64,000 nt of DNA from Candidatus Dormiibacterota bacterium. Its GTDB lineage: Bacteria > Chloroflexota > Dormibacteria > Aeolococcales > Aeolococcaceae. The position numbers and the translations under genes were made by a program. Positions within the stretch are counted from its first letter, which is position 1; each line of letters starts with the position of its first letter. The stretch spans positions 1,167 through 65,166 of the forward strand of contig PKXZ01000076.1 in assembly GCA_003132525.1 (NCBI GenBank), given 5' to 3'. This document shows, piece by piece, positions 50,500 through 58,983 of the stretch. The notes beneath the pieces were generated by a model. The model saw only the letters and a program-made list of their open reading frames with translations. It did no database searches and was not told where the DNA came from.

Positions 50500-51654
50500 T
50501 CAGCCAACCGGTGCACCGGTCCACTGCTTCTCGAACGCATCCACATCGCGAGCGAGGCGGAGCAGCTCACTCTCCTCCGGTCGCCCGGCGGCGAGCGACC
50601 GGGCGTGGGCGAGCAGCGCTTCGAGTCCACCTGCCGCTTGCGGGTTGGCCACCGAGATGGCTGCGCAGAAGACGGCATCGTCGAGATGCCAGTCCACGCC
50701 GGTCGCGCCGCCGATCCTGCGTTTGAGCTCCTCGGCGTATCGTGCGGCGATCGGTCCGCGCTGGCGGCTGCGCGCGAAAAGCTGTCCCATCGCCGTCACG
50801 TAGGAGCCGGCGCTCGGCACCTGCGTGTCGCCACCGTCCTGCGCGGGCTTGCCGAGGCGCCGGCCGTTCAGCGCGATTGCCAGCAGCACGACGAATCCGA
50901 GCAGCAACGTCGCCAATCCGACCGGACCCTCGAAGATGGCACCGGCTCCGCTCGTCTCTGTCCCCTCACCATGGTGATATTCGTCAAAGCTGATCCGGCC
51001 ACCGCGAGCACGCTGCAGCAGGCTGAGTGCCAGGAACGATGAGTCGGGGTGGCGCAGCCCGTCATTGGAAAGCGGTTCGGTGTCGCCGAGGACATATGCG
51101 CGCCCACCGCTGCCGACGCGGACGACGCCCGCCACCACCTCGTTGTGCTCCTCCAGGATGGGAACCAGCGGTGCCTGGTCGGAGAAGGTGAGCCCCGTCG
51201 TGACCGGGACAGATTGCACGCGATCCGTGCTGTCGAACGGCTGCGCGACGGTCGCAACCCCACTCCCGGCAGTCGCGGACGGGTTCACCCCGAGGCGTCC
51301 GAGCATCGGCGCGGCATCGGCAAGGCTGTCCGGCGTGACCACGAGGACGAGGTCGCCGCCGCCGTGGAGAAATGACATCAGGGCGTTGACGTCGGAGCTG
51401 GTCAACGCGACCGTGGGGTCGTAGCAGAAGACCAGGTCGCTGCCTTTGAGGTCAAAGCTCCCGGTGATCCGGCCCACGTCGAGGCCGAGGTCCGAGAACC
51501 ACGTGTAAAGGGCCAGCGTGCCCAGGCTCCCTGCCGACCGCGATGACGGATCCGTCTGGTCGTTGGGAGGGATCGCGCTGCTGATCGCGATGACCGCGAG
51601 GATGCCGAGTGCCGCGATCAGTGTGAGCATCGCCGAGAGCGGCGGGCGACTCAC
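50500..51654 (-). CDS. DUF4350-like protein (periplasmic domain with a C-terminal TM anchor)
   Basis: N-terminal TM helix, a central soluble domain and a second TM helix (LATLLLGFVVLLAIAL), in the position DUF4350 occupies in MoxR operons. GTG start at 51654 overlaps the DUF4129 stop. Confidence 0.55.
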   Translation of the reverse strand: MSRPPLSAMLTLIAALGILAVIAISSAIPPNDQTDPSSRSAGSLGTLALYTWFSDLGLDVGRITGSFDLKGSDLVFCYDPTVALTSSDVNALMSFLHGGGDLVLVVTPDSLADAAPMLGRLGVNPSATAGSGVATVAQPFDSTDRVQSVPVTTGLTFSDQAPLVPILEEHNEVVAGVVRVGSGGRAYVLGDTEPLSNDGLRHPDSSFLALSLLQRARGGRISFDEYHHGEGTETSGAGAIFEGPVGLATLLLGFVVLLAIALNGRRLGKPAQDGGDTQVPSAGSYVTAMGQLFARSRQRGPIAARYAEELKRRIGGATGVDWHLDDAVFCAAISVANPQAAGGLEALLAHARSLAAGRPEESELLRLARDVDAFEKQWTGAPVG

Positions 51655-52592
51655 TGGTGTTGCGCTCCGGCTGCTCGGCGGGCGACGCGACGGACGGCTT
51701 CGCACCGGGCGCGCGCCACCTCCCAGTCATCGGCGCCGACGGGCTCCCCGCCATACCAGGCCTTGTCGAATGAGGCTGCGGCCGGCGCGACCGCTGCGAG
51801 AAGATCAGCGTCGGTGGACAGCGTCGCGAGCATCTCGCGCGTGGTCCAGGCGCGATTGACCGGCGCTCGCCGGTCGGCGATATCGAGCAGCGCCGAACGG
51901 AACGCGCGGCGAATCGCCTCCCGATAGTCGCCTCCGTGTGCGGCGGCGAGCGCGAGGGCCCACTCACGCTCCGGGTCGTCACCGGCGCTCGCCGGTTCAT
52001 CCGCTGTCAGCGCACGCCGGCTGCCGGCGATGCCGCGCAGCCGGTAGATCACCAGCGCCGCGATGGCGGCGAGCACGAGCAGGCCGAGCAGGATCGATCC
52101 GCCCTGGCCGAGCAACCCGAACAGGTGCGAGAGGATCCACTGGATCGCGGCGCCGATGCGCTCGAAGATCGACTGTGGTTGATTCTGGTCGAGATCGGCA
52201 AAAACTGACGACGCGTACACCTGGTGCAGGAGGTTCTCCGCCGACTGCGAGTCGACGTGACACGCCGATCCTGCGGGTAACGCCAGCGTGGTCACGATGA
52301 GATCGAGTCGCTGCCTGGCGCCATCAAGGCCGGGCGGCGTGGCGGTGAGGTTCGCGATGATCGGGGCGAGATCCGGTGTCGACGCGGGGACGAGATCCTC
52401 GGCCTCGGTGACAGCCGTGAGCGCAGCCGGAGGCTGCGGAGGAACCGCAGTCAGCGCGGTGTCCGCGCGACCGAGCAACGCCAGGTACTCGAGCGTCACG
52501 CACGGGCTTGCGGCGCGCGCCGGCGTCGCCGTGGATCCCGTGACGGTGAACAGCGCAGCCCCGGCAACGACCCCGACGAGCAGACGCCTCAC
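51651..52592 (-). CDS. DUF4129-like protein (signal peptide or TM helix plus a TM anchor and a C-terminal helical domain)
   Basis: N-terminal signal/TM segment (VRRLLVGVVAGAALFTVTGSTATPARA), a central TM helix (ILLGLLVLAAIAALVIY), and the C-terminal region typical of DUF4129. GTGA overlap with the upstream gene. The listed 697-aa ORF upstream of 52592 is a frame artifact. Confidence 0.5.
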   Translation of the reverse strand: MRRLLVGVVAGAALFTVTGSTATPARAASPCVTLEYLALLGRADTALTAVPPQPPAALTAVTEAEDLVPASTPDLAPIIANLTATPPGLDGARQRLDLIVTTLALPAGSACHVDSQSAENLLHQVYASSVFADLDQNQPQSIFERIGAAIQWILSHLFGLLGQGGSILLGLLVLAAIAALVIYRLRGIAGSRRALTADEPASAGDDPEREWALALAAAHGGDYREAIRRAFRSALLDIADRRAPVNRAWTTREMLATLSTDADLLAAVAPAAASFDKAWYGGEPVGADDWEVARARCEAVRRVARRAAGAQHQ

Positions 52593-53791
52593 AGCGACCG
52601 GGCGAGCATCTCGATGTCGAAGCCTTCTTTGCGGATCCGAATGTCGTAGTACAGCAACGTCACCCCGATGTAGGTCACGGGAGCGATGAACACCGCAGAG
52701 ATCGCGCTTGCGACCTGGTCGAAGACAAAGGTGTTGTTGGGGTCGAGCGCGGATCCGGGAATTTCGAAGATGGCGCCGATCACCGAGGAGATGATCGCGG
52801 TGATGATCGCGAGCAGGGCCATGCGTCCCAAGGTTGGCCAGAAACGTCCGCTGATCAATTGCCAGCTCCGCTTCAGCCCGCCCCAGCCGGACACGCGCTC
52901 GAGCACGATCGCAGGGACGGCGACGACGGTTCGCACGTAGACCATGATCAGGACCGGTATCAGCGCGAGGAACGCGAGCACCGCCAGGAGGGCGCCGAGA
53001 CCTCCTGCTCCGACGGCACCGAGCAGCGCCGCGACCGCGATCACCACCGCGAACGAGCCCCCATAGGCGAGGATGAGGATGAGAATCATCGCGATGAGCG
53101 AGCGAAGACGGCCCCATGCGGCGCGGTACGCGGACAGGAGCGAGCTCGGGCGGTCGAGGTATCGGTCGCTCACTGCCCGGGTCGTGGCCGCCTCTCCGAG
53201 CGGGACGACGACCAGGAGGCTGATCAGCAGCAACCCGATGGAGACGGCGAGCACACCGAGATACGAGTTGAGGAGCTGCTGCGCCTGCGCCGGGGTGATC
53301 GTCTGGGTGCCCAGCGACGTGAACGGTGAACGCACGAAGGTCGCCACCCCGGTGAGCTCGAAGAGCAGCCAGGTGACCAGCGCGTAGGGAATTTGCACCA
53401 CCGCGCTGATCGAGGCGATGAGAACGAAATTGCGCCGGTACATCGTGAAGGTAGCGTCGAGCCACTCTCCGACCGACATCGACCGGAAGCGCCCCGAGCC
53501 CACCTGGGACGGCATGAAGCCCGGATTCCAGCCCGGCTGCGGGGCTCCCCACGCCGGGGGTTGAGCCCATCCGGGAGGCGGCGATCCCCATCCCGGAGGC
53601 GGCGAACCCCAGCCGGGTGGCGGTGATCCCCAGCCGGGTGGAGGCGAACCCCAACCGGGCGGTGATCCGCCCACGCCAACCGGGGGCGGGCTCGGAGGCG
53701 GTGGCTGATCGGTCATCAGACCCATTGTCAATGCTGCACAGCAAGGGTGAGCGACGGTATCCTCACAACTTGAGGCGATGAGAGAGTTCAC
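52589..53791 (-). CDS. Polytopic membrane protein with N-terminal (PPPGWGS)x5 repeats; GPDPase_memb / DUF975-like C-terminal end
   Basis: Five tandem heptads GSPPPGW, then six to seven TM helices, ending ..YYDIRIRKEGFDIEMLARSL, a tail characteristic of that membrane-domain family. First gene of the MoxR operon; the start codon is uncertain. Confidence 0.45.
   Translation of the reverse strand: MNSLIASSCEDTVAHPCCAALTMGLMTDQPPPPSPPPVGVGGSPPGWGSPPPGWGSPPPGWGSPPPGWGSPPPGWAQPPAWGAPQPGWNPGFMPSQVGSGRFRSMSVGEWLDATFTMYRRNFVLIASISAVVQIPYALVTWLLFELTGVATFVRSPFTSLGTQTITPAQAQQLLNSYLGVLAVSIGLLLISLLVVVPLGEAATTRAVSDRYLDRPSSLLSAYRAAWGRLRSLIAMILILILAYGGSFAVVIAVAALLGAVGAGGLGALLAVLAFLALIPVLIMVYVRTVVAVPAIVLERVSGWGGLKRSWQLISGRFWPTLGRMALLAIITAIISSVIGAIFEIPGSALDPNNTFVFDQVASAISAVFIAPVTYIGVTLLYYDIRIRKEGFDIEMLARSL
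53540..53650 (-). repeat. Tandem 21-bp coding repeat, 5 copies, encoding (G/W)SPPPGW heptads
   Basis: Seen directly: ccgggaggcggcgatcccca / ccgggaggcggcgaacccca / ccgggtggcggtgatcccca / ccgggtggaggcgaacccca / ccgggcggtgatccgcc. Confidence 0.7.
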
Positions 53792-53821
53792 TGCCGCGCT
53801 TGCTCGCGGCCATTTCAGCCT

Positions 53822-55225
53822 GTGGCACGCCCAATGCGGGCGCTAGTCGTCGACCCGACCCTCATCGACCCCGGCTCCGGGCGGCGGGGCCGCGGCCGGC
53901 GCCGGCGCACGCAGCCGAGCTCCTCGCTTCCGGTCGAGGTGCGCGACGTCAGGACTCCCGTTCCTCCGGGCCCCGGCTGGGTGCTCATCCGCCCGGCGCT
54001 GGCGGGCATCTGTAGCACCGACCTCGCCCTCGTGCACCGCGATCCAGTGCTCAACGTCCTCACCGCATACGCCTCGGCCGGCACGTTCATCCCCGGGCAC
54101 GAGGTGGTGGGCGTGGTGGAGCGTGCCTCCTCGACCCGCTGGGCTCACGAGGGCGACCGCGTCCTGGTCGAGCCCACCCTGCGCTGTGCTCACAAAGGCC
54201 TCGCCGAGTGCCGTCGCTGCCGCGCCGGCGATACCCACCTCTGCGAGAACGCCGACCGCGGTGGGGCGCTGTGCTCAGGCCGTTCGGTCGGATCGAGCGA
54301 ACGGGCGGGCGGCGGCTGGAGCGAGGGGTTCCTCGTTCATGAGGACATGCTCGTCCCCGCCGACGGCATCTCCGACCAGCGAGGCGTCCTGGCCGAGCCG
54401 GCAGCCACGGCGCTCCACGCGGTCCTGCGCTGGTCGCGGCGCGGTGATACCGCCGTGGTCATCGGGTCGGGGGCGCTGAGCCGGCTGATCGTCGCGACCC
54501 TCCGGCGCCTGCATCCCGACCTCGACATCATCGTCCTGCACGACGCCCGGAGCACCACCCGGCCGCGCATGGGCCGGCGTCATCGCGAGAGTGCCCCGCT
54601 CAACGGCGACCCCAACGCCGCGTTCATGGCGATTCGCTCGATCGGCGCCAACCGCGTGTGGCACGGCTCCTCGGAGCAGATGCTCCAGAAGACCGCCGAG
54701 CACATGGAAGCGCGGGTGATGCGCCCGGCCGGGGGTGGTCTCCCAGTCCTCGACGGTGGGGTCGACGTGGTTTTCGACTGCCGCGCCTCGGCGCTCAGCA
54801 TCGATCTCGCGGTGCGCCTGCTGCGCGCCGGGGGCACGCTCGTGCTCTGCGGCCGCTCCGGCCGCCACGAGATCGAGTGGTCGCTGATCTGGGCGCGCGA
54901 GCTCACCGTGCGCGGAGCCGCGTCCTACGGGCGTGAGCCGGACGGCAAGCGAACCTTCGGCACGATCCGCGAGTGGTTGAGCGATTCGAGCTTCCCGGTC
55001 GACGGCGTGGTGACCCATCGCTTCCCGCTCGACGAGTACGCCGCAGCGCTCTCGATCGCGCAGGCGGGCACGGCTGCGGGGGCCGTGAAAGTGGTCTTCG
55101 AGGGTCCGGCGGCTACCAGCCTCCGACCGGCCGCTGCCACGATCGTGGCCCAGCAGCCCGACGAGCCGGTGCTCCTCCAGTCCACCGCGGCCCGGGTTCG
55201 CGGCGGCCGCGTCAAGGTTTCGTAG
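53822..55225 (+). CDS. Zinc-dependent alcohol dehydrogenase (MDR) family protein with an unusual Arg/Gly-rich N-terminal insertion
   Basis: Zn-ADH motifs (GHEVVGVV, ..CRRCRAGDTHLCE.., Rossmann AVVIGSGALS). Carries a 25-aa RRGRGRRRR insert after the first beta-strand. Confidence 0.7.
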   Translation: MARPMRALVVDPTLIDPGSGRRGRGRRRRTQPSSSLPVEVRDVRTPVPPGPGWVLIRPALAGICSTDLALVHRDPVLNVLTAYASAGTFIPGHEVVGVVERASSTRWAHEGDRVLVEPTLRCAHKGLAECRRCRAGDTHLCENADRGGALCSGRSVGSSERAGGGWSEGFLVHEDMLVPADGISDQRGVLAEPAATALHAVLRWSRRGDTAVVIGSGALSRLIVATLRRLHPDLDIIVLHDARSTTRPRMGRRHRESAPLNGDPNAAFMAIRSIGANRVWHGSSEQMLQKTAEHMEARVMRPAGGGLPVLDGGVDVVFDCRASALSIDLAVRLLRAGGTLVLCGRSGRHEIEWSLIWARELTVRGAASYGREPDGKRTFGTIREWLSDSSFPVDGVVTHRFPLDEYAAALSIAQAGTAAGAVKVVFEGPAATSLRPAAATIVAQQPDEPVLLQSTAARVRGGRVKVS

Positions 55226-55332
55226 GGGCAGCCTCGGCGTGGCCGGCCGTCCGCGTGGCCCGCACCTGTGTGATCCGAGCGCCATAACACACCCGTACCA
55301 ACAGATGCGCAATCCCGAGCGTGTGTCGGAGC

Positions 55333-55905
55333 ATGAAAGTGCTCAGTGACGACGACATCATCCGCTCGATCGCTGCCCACTCGCCCGAGGGGATCGAAGC
55401 CTTGTATGACCGATACGGTGGCCTCGCCCACACAGTCGCGCTGCGCATCCTGAGCGACCGGGGCGCGGCCGAGGACGTGGTGCAGGAGTCGTTCCTGGCG
55501 GTCTGGCGACGTGGCTCCACGTTCCAGCCGGGCCGGGGATCCTTGCGGGCGTGGATCTGCACCATCGTCCGCAACCGGGCGATCGACCGCCTTCGCGGCG
55601 ACCGTCATCGCACCCGGCTCGACACCCCGATCGAGGGCGAATCGATCGAGCCCGCAGTCAGCGACCCCTGGGCTGCGGTCGCCCTCGAGCTCAGCGGCGA
55701 GGAGGTCCGCAAGGCCCTCGCCGAGCTTCCGCCCGAGCAGCGCCAGACCATCGAGCTCGCCTATTACGGCGGCTACTCGCAGTCCGAGATCGCCACCGCG
55801 ATGGAGGTACCGCTCGGCACTGTGAAGGGGCGTGTCCGGATCGCCCTCGACAAGCTGCGGACAAGCCTCGCGGATCGACTGGAGACGCCATGGCAGACCC
55901 AATGA
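55333..55905 (+). CDS. ECF-type RNA polymerase sigma factor (sigma-70 regions 2 and 4)
   Basis: Region 2 (..DVVQESFLAVWRRG..) and region 4 (..ELAYYGGYSQSEIATAMEVPLGTVKGR..). Confidence 0.85.
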   Translation: MKVLSDDDIIRSIAAHSPEGIEALYDRYGGLAHTVALRILSDRGAAEDVVQESFLAVWRRGSTFQPGRGSLRAWICTIVRNRAIDRLRGDRHRTRLDTPIEGESIEPAVSDPWAAVALELSGEEVRKALAELPPEQRQTIELAYYGGYSQSEIATAMEVPLGTVKGRVRIALDKLRTSLADRLETPWQTQ

Positions 55906-56594
55906 GCCACGACGAGGTCGCGGACCTCCTCGCGCTCGAGGCTGTTGGCGCGCTCGAGCCGTCGGAGCGAGACGCGATGGAGCGTCACCTGAGGACGTGC
56001 GCGACGTGCAGGCACACCGCTGCCGAATATGCCGACCTCGCCTCATTGCTGCCCTCCGCGCTCGATCTCGAGCCCCCACCCGCACGCCTGCGCCGCAACC
56101 TCATGGCCCAGGTCTTTGCGGAGGCGACCGCGTCGCCACCGGTGTCGTGGTGGCGACGCCTGATCGATGCGATCCCGGCGAGCCGGGCATTCACGGCTGT
56201 CGGAGCCGCCGCGGTGATCGCGGCTATCGCCTTCGGGATCTGGGGCGCCACCGGCAGGATGGGCGCACGAACACCGGTCACCTACACCGTGTCGGGAACG
56301 ACGGCGACCGGCACCCTCGACGTCAGCTCGAGCGGATCGCCGGCGGTGCTGACGGTGACCGGGCTCCAGCCGCTCGCCGGTACCAGCACCTACGAGGTCT
56401 GGCTCATCCCACCGCAGGGCTCACCCAAGGGAGTCGCGTTCCTCAGCCGAGCTCCGAACGGCAGCGCCTGGACGGCGGTCATCCCCGGAAGCCTGGCCGG
56501 GTACAAGAGCGTCGCCGCAACCGTCGAGCCTGCCGGCGGCAGCCCGACTCCCTCCAACATTGAGGTCCTGAGCGGTCAGCTCTCCGACTCCTGA
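55890..56594 (+). CDS. Anti-sigma factor, RskA/zinc-associated type
   Basis: N-terminal anti-sigma domain with H-x3-C-x2-C (HLRTCATCRH), one TM helix (AVGAAAVIAAIAFGIW), and an extracytoplasmic domain. Overlaps the sigma gene by 16 nt. Confidence 0.7.
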   Translation: MADPMSHDEVADLLALEAVGALEPSERDAMERHLRTCATCRHTAAEYADLASLLPSALDLEPPPARLRRNLMAQVFAEATASPPVSWWRRLIDAIPASRAFTAVGAAAVIAAIAFGIWGATGRMGARTPVTYTVSGTTATGTLDVSSSGSPAVLTVTGLQPLAGTSTYEVWLIPPQGSPKGVAFLSRAPNGSAWTAVIPGSLAGYKSVAATVEPAGGSPTPSNIEVLSGQLSDS

Positions 56595-56747
56595 GGCGGC
56601 TGGGCCGCTTTGCGGCGCTTCGCGGCGACCGCCGGGAGCACGCGTTTGATGCCCGCGTTGTCGACGATCATGCGGCGCTCGCGCTTGCGATCCCGCTGAC
56701 GGATACGCTCGCGCTCCGCGTCGGGAACCTCCGGCTCCTGGTCCATC
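56566..56747 (-). CDS. Possible small basic protein (56 aa), third gene of the ECF operon; below the ORF-track cutoff
   Basis: Translation: MDQEPEVPDAERERIRQRDRKRERRMIVDNAGIKRVLPAVAAKRRKAAQPPQESES. Its ATG lies 8 nt after the anti-sigma stop. Confidence 0.2.
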
Positions 56748-56754
56748 GGAGCGC

Positions 56755-57090
56755 TCAGGCGCTCAGCGGCGCTTCGGTGTGGCGCCTGCCACGAGCGATG
56801 GCGACCCCGACAGCCGCAACCGCGGCAAGCGTGACCACGGCCCCACCGGCGACCGCCTGCACCCGGCGGTCGAGCCCGAGCGCCCGCACGCGTCCACCAA
56901 ATCCGGCTGCATCCGCGATCGCGAGCGCCGCCGCGTAGATGTCGGCTCGCCGCGCGGGATTCAAGGTCCAGGCGGCAAACGCCGTGGCGATCTCGTCGCC
57001 GGTGTCGACCAGGGCCGAAACCTCTGGGGCCGCGGCGAAAGCGAGCATGTCGCCGTCGAGCGCGCCATCGAGGCGATCCTCGATGTTCAC
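56755..57090 (-). CDS. Putative anti-sigma factor (single TM helix, no Zn motif)
   Basis: 111 aa with an ATGA overlap onto the ECF sigma gene at 57087..57668. C-terminal hydrophobic helix (AVAGGAVVTLAAVAAVGVAIA). Confidence 0.4.
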   Translation of the reverse strand: MNIEDRLDGALDGDMLAFAAAPEVSALVDTGDEIATAFAAWTLNPARRADIYAAALAIADAAGFGGRVRALGLDRRVQAVAGGAVVTLAAVAAVGVAIARGRRHTEAPLSA

Positions 57091-57668
57091 GATCCCGACC
57101 TCGACAGACGGTCGGCGGGCATCGGCGCGCCGAGACGCTTGCGCAGCGATGTCAGCGCCCGGAAGGTGAGCAGCTTCACCGCCCCTTCACTCCGTCCCAT
57201 GATCTCGGCGATCTCGCGATTGCGCAGGTCACCGCCGAAGCGAAGCAGGATCGCCTGGCGCTGGTCGTGGGGAAGGCGGGCGACCGCAGCGCGCACCTCG
57301 TCGGCCCGATCGTTCTCCTCCGCGTGCAGCGCGGGATCGGCGTCGGCGTCCGGGAGCATGCGTGGTTCGAGCTCGATCCACCCGGGCCGGCGGCGCTCCC
57401 TGGACACAAGGTTGCCGGCGACTCGGTAGAGCCAGGCCGAGTACGGGACCCCGCGCCACTCGAAGCGTGGGAGTTCCTCCATTGCCTTGGCAAACGTTGC
57501 TGCGGTCACGTCGTCGGCCTGCTCCATGTCGTGGGTGAGTGTGTAGACGTAGGCGTGGATCTGATCGACGTAGCGCTCGTAGAGCGGCGCGAAGGCCGTT
57601 CGGTCGCGCTGCGCGGCCAGGATCTCCAGCCGCTCCTCCTCGAGCTCCGCAGCGGTGCGATGTGCCAT
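57087..57668 (-). CDS. ECF-type RNA polymerase sigma factor
   Basis: Region 2 (..FAPLYERYVDQIHAYVY..) and region 4 (..ILLRFGGDLRNREIAEIMGRSEGAVKLLTFRALTSLR..). Confidence 0.85.
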   Translation of the reverse strand: MAHRTAAELEEERLEILAAQRDRTAFAPLYERYVDQIHAYVYTLTHDMEQADDVTAATFAKAMEELPRFEWRGVPYSAWLYRVAGNLVSRERRRPGWIELEPRMLPDADADPALHAEENDRADEVRAAVARLPHDQRQAILLRFGGDLRNREIAEIMGRSEGAVKLLTFRALTSLRKRLGAPMPADRLSRSGS

Positions 57669-57728
57669 CGCTATCGCTGCCCGGCTCGCGAAGGGAGCAA
57701 CTCGCAGAAGCGTCTTGGGGCCATGGCG

Positions 57729-58961
57729 TTACGCCTGCCGGCGTTCCCCGATCAGCCCGAGCTGCTTGCCGACCTCTTCGAACGCGAGCAGCGCACGGTC
57801 GAGCTGATCGTGGGTGTGGGTCGCGCAGACGATCGTGCGGACCCGCGCCCTGCCTCGCGCAACGGTCGGAAACCCGATGCCCTGGGCGAAAACTCCGCGC
57901 TCGAGGAGCATGTCGGAGAGCTGCATTGCGACAGGCGCTTCGCCGCACATCACAGGCGTGATCGGGGTCTCGCTGTCGCCGATGTCGAACCCGAGCTCGC
58001 GAAGTCCGCTCTTGAAGTGACGCGTGTTGCTCCAGAGCTGCTCCATGAGCTGCGGTTCCTGCTCGAGCACGTCCACCGCGGCGATGCACGCAGCAACCAC
58101 TGCGGGTGGATGCGATGATGAGAAGAGGAACGGACGCGCCTTGTGGATCAGGTGATCCCGGACGATCTGCGTCGACGCGACGTAGCCGCCCACCACGCCG
58201 ATCGCCTTGCTCAGCGTGCCGATGTTGAGGGCGACCCTGCCGTGCAGCCCGAAATGGTCGGTGGTGCCCCGGCCATTGGTACCGAGCACGCCGGTCGCGT
58301 GCGCGTCATCCACCATCACCGCCGCGCCGTAATGCTCCGCGCGTTCGACAAGCTGGGGAAGCGGCGCGATGTCGCCGTCCATGCTGAACACGCCGTCGGT
58401 GACCAGCAGGATGCGCCGGTATCCCTTGCCGCGTGCCTCGCTGAGCGCACGTTCCGCATCGTCGGGATCGGCGTGCTCGTAGAGGATCCGATCAGCCTTG
58501 GTCAACCGGATGCCATCGATGATGCTCGCGTGATTGAGCTTGTCGCTCACGACGCAGTCACCCTGCTCGAGCATCGAGCCGATGACGCCGATATTCACCG
58601 CGTAGCCGCTCTGGAACGTCAGGGACGCCTCGGTACGCTTGAACGCCGCGAGGCGGCGCTCCAGCTCCTCGTGCAGCGTCTGCGTGCCGGCGATGGTGCG
58701 CACCGCACCCGTGCCGGCGCCCCATTCCAGCGCGGCCCGCGACGCCGCCTCGACCAGGCGCGGGTGTGTGTTGAGGCCGAGATAGTTGTTGCTTGACAGG
58801 CTGATCACCGCCTTGCCGGCGATTTCGACCTCGGGCCCCTGTGCGGACTCGAGCACGCGCAGCGGACGGAACAACCCGTCGCGACGCAGCGCCTCGAGAT
58901 CCTCGTTGAGCGATGCGTCGAGGGCCTGGACTGCCTGCGACGTCTCTGCGCTGGTCACCAT
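57729..58961 (-). CDS. kbl: Glycine C-acetyltransferase (2-amino-3-ketobutyrate CoA ligase)
   Basis: PLP-dependent alpha-oxoamine synthase family (..SNNYLGL.., ..GTLSKAIG.. with the PLP lysine). Adjacent to tdh. Confidence 0.85.
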   Translation of the reverse strand: MVTSAETSQAVQALDASLNEDLEALRRDGLFRPLRVLESAQGPEVEIAGKAVISLSSNNYLGLNTHPRLVEAASRAALEWGAGTGAVRTIAGTQTLHEELERRLAAFKRTEASLTFQSGYAVNIGVIGSMLEQGDCVVSDKLNHASIIDGIRLTKADRILYEHADPDDAERALSEARGKGYRRILLVTDGVFSMDGDIAPLPQLVERAEHYGAAVMVDDAHATGVLGTNGRGTTDHFGLHGRVALNIGTLSKAIGVVGGYVASTQIVRDHLIHKARPFLFSSSHPPAVVAACIAAVDVLEQEPQLMEQLWSNTRHFKSGLRELGFDIGDSETPITPVMCGEAPVAMQLSDMLLERGVFAQGIGFPTVARGRARVRTIVCATHTHDQLDRALLAFEEVGKQLGLIGERRQA

Positions 58962-58983
58962 GCGATCAACGATACCCCGCGCG

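Noticed and set aside
52593-53744. N-terminal 384 codons of the listed 697-aa ORF (51651..53744).
   Set aside because: Arg-rich nonsense in an alternative frame of the real proline-repeat membrane protein gene (52589..53791). The true DUF4129-like protein starts at GTG 52592, where a signal-peptide-like sequence begins and GTGA-overlaps the upstream stop.
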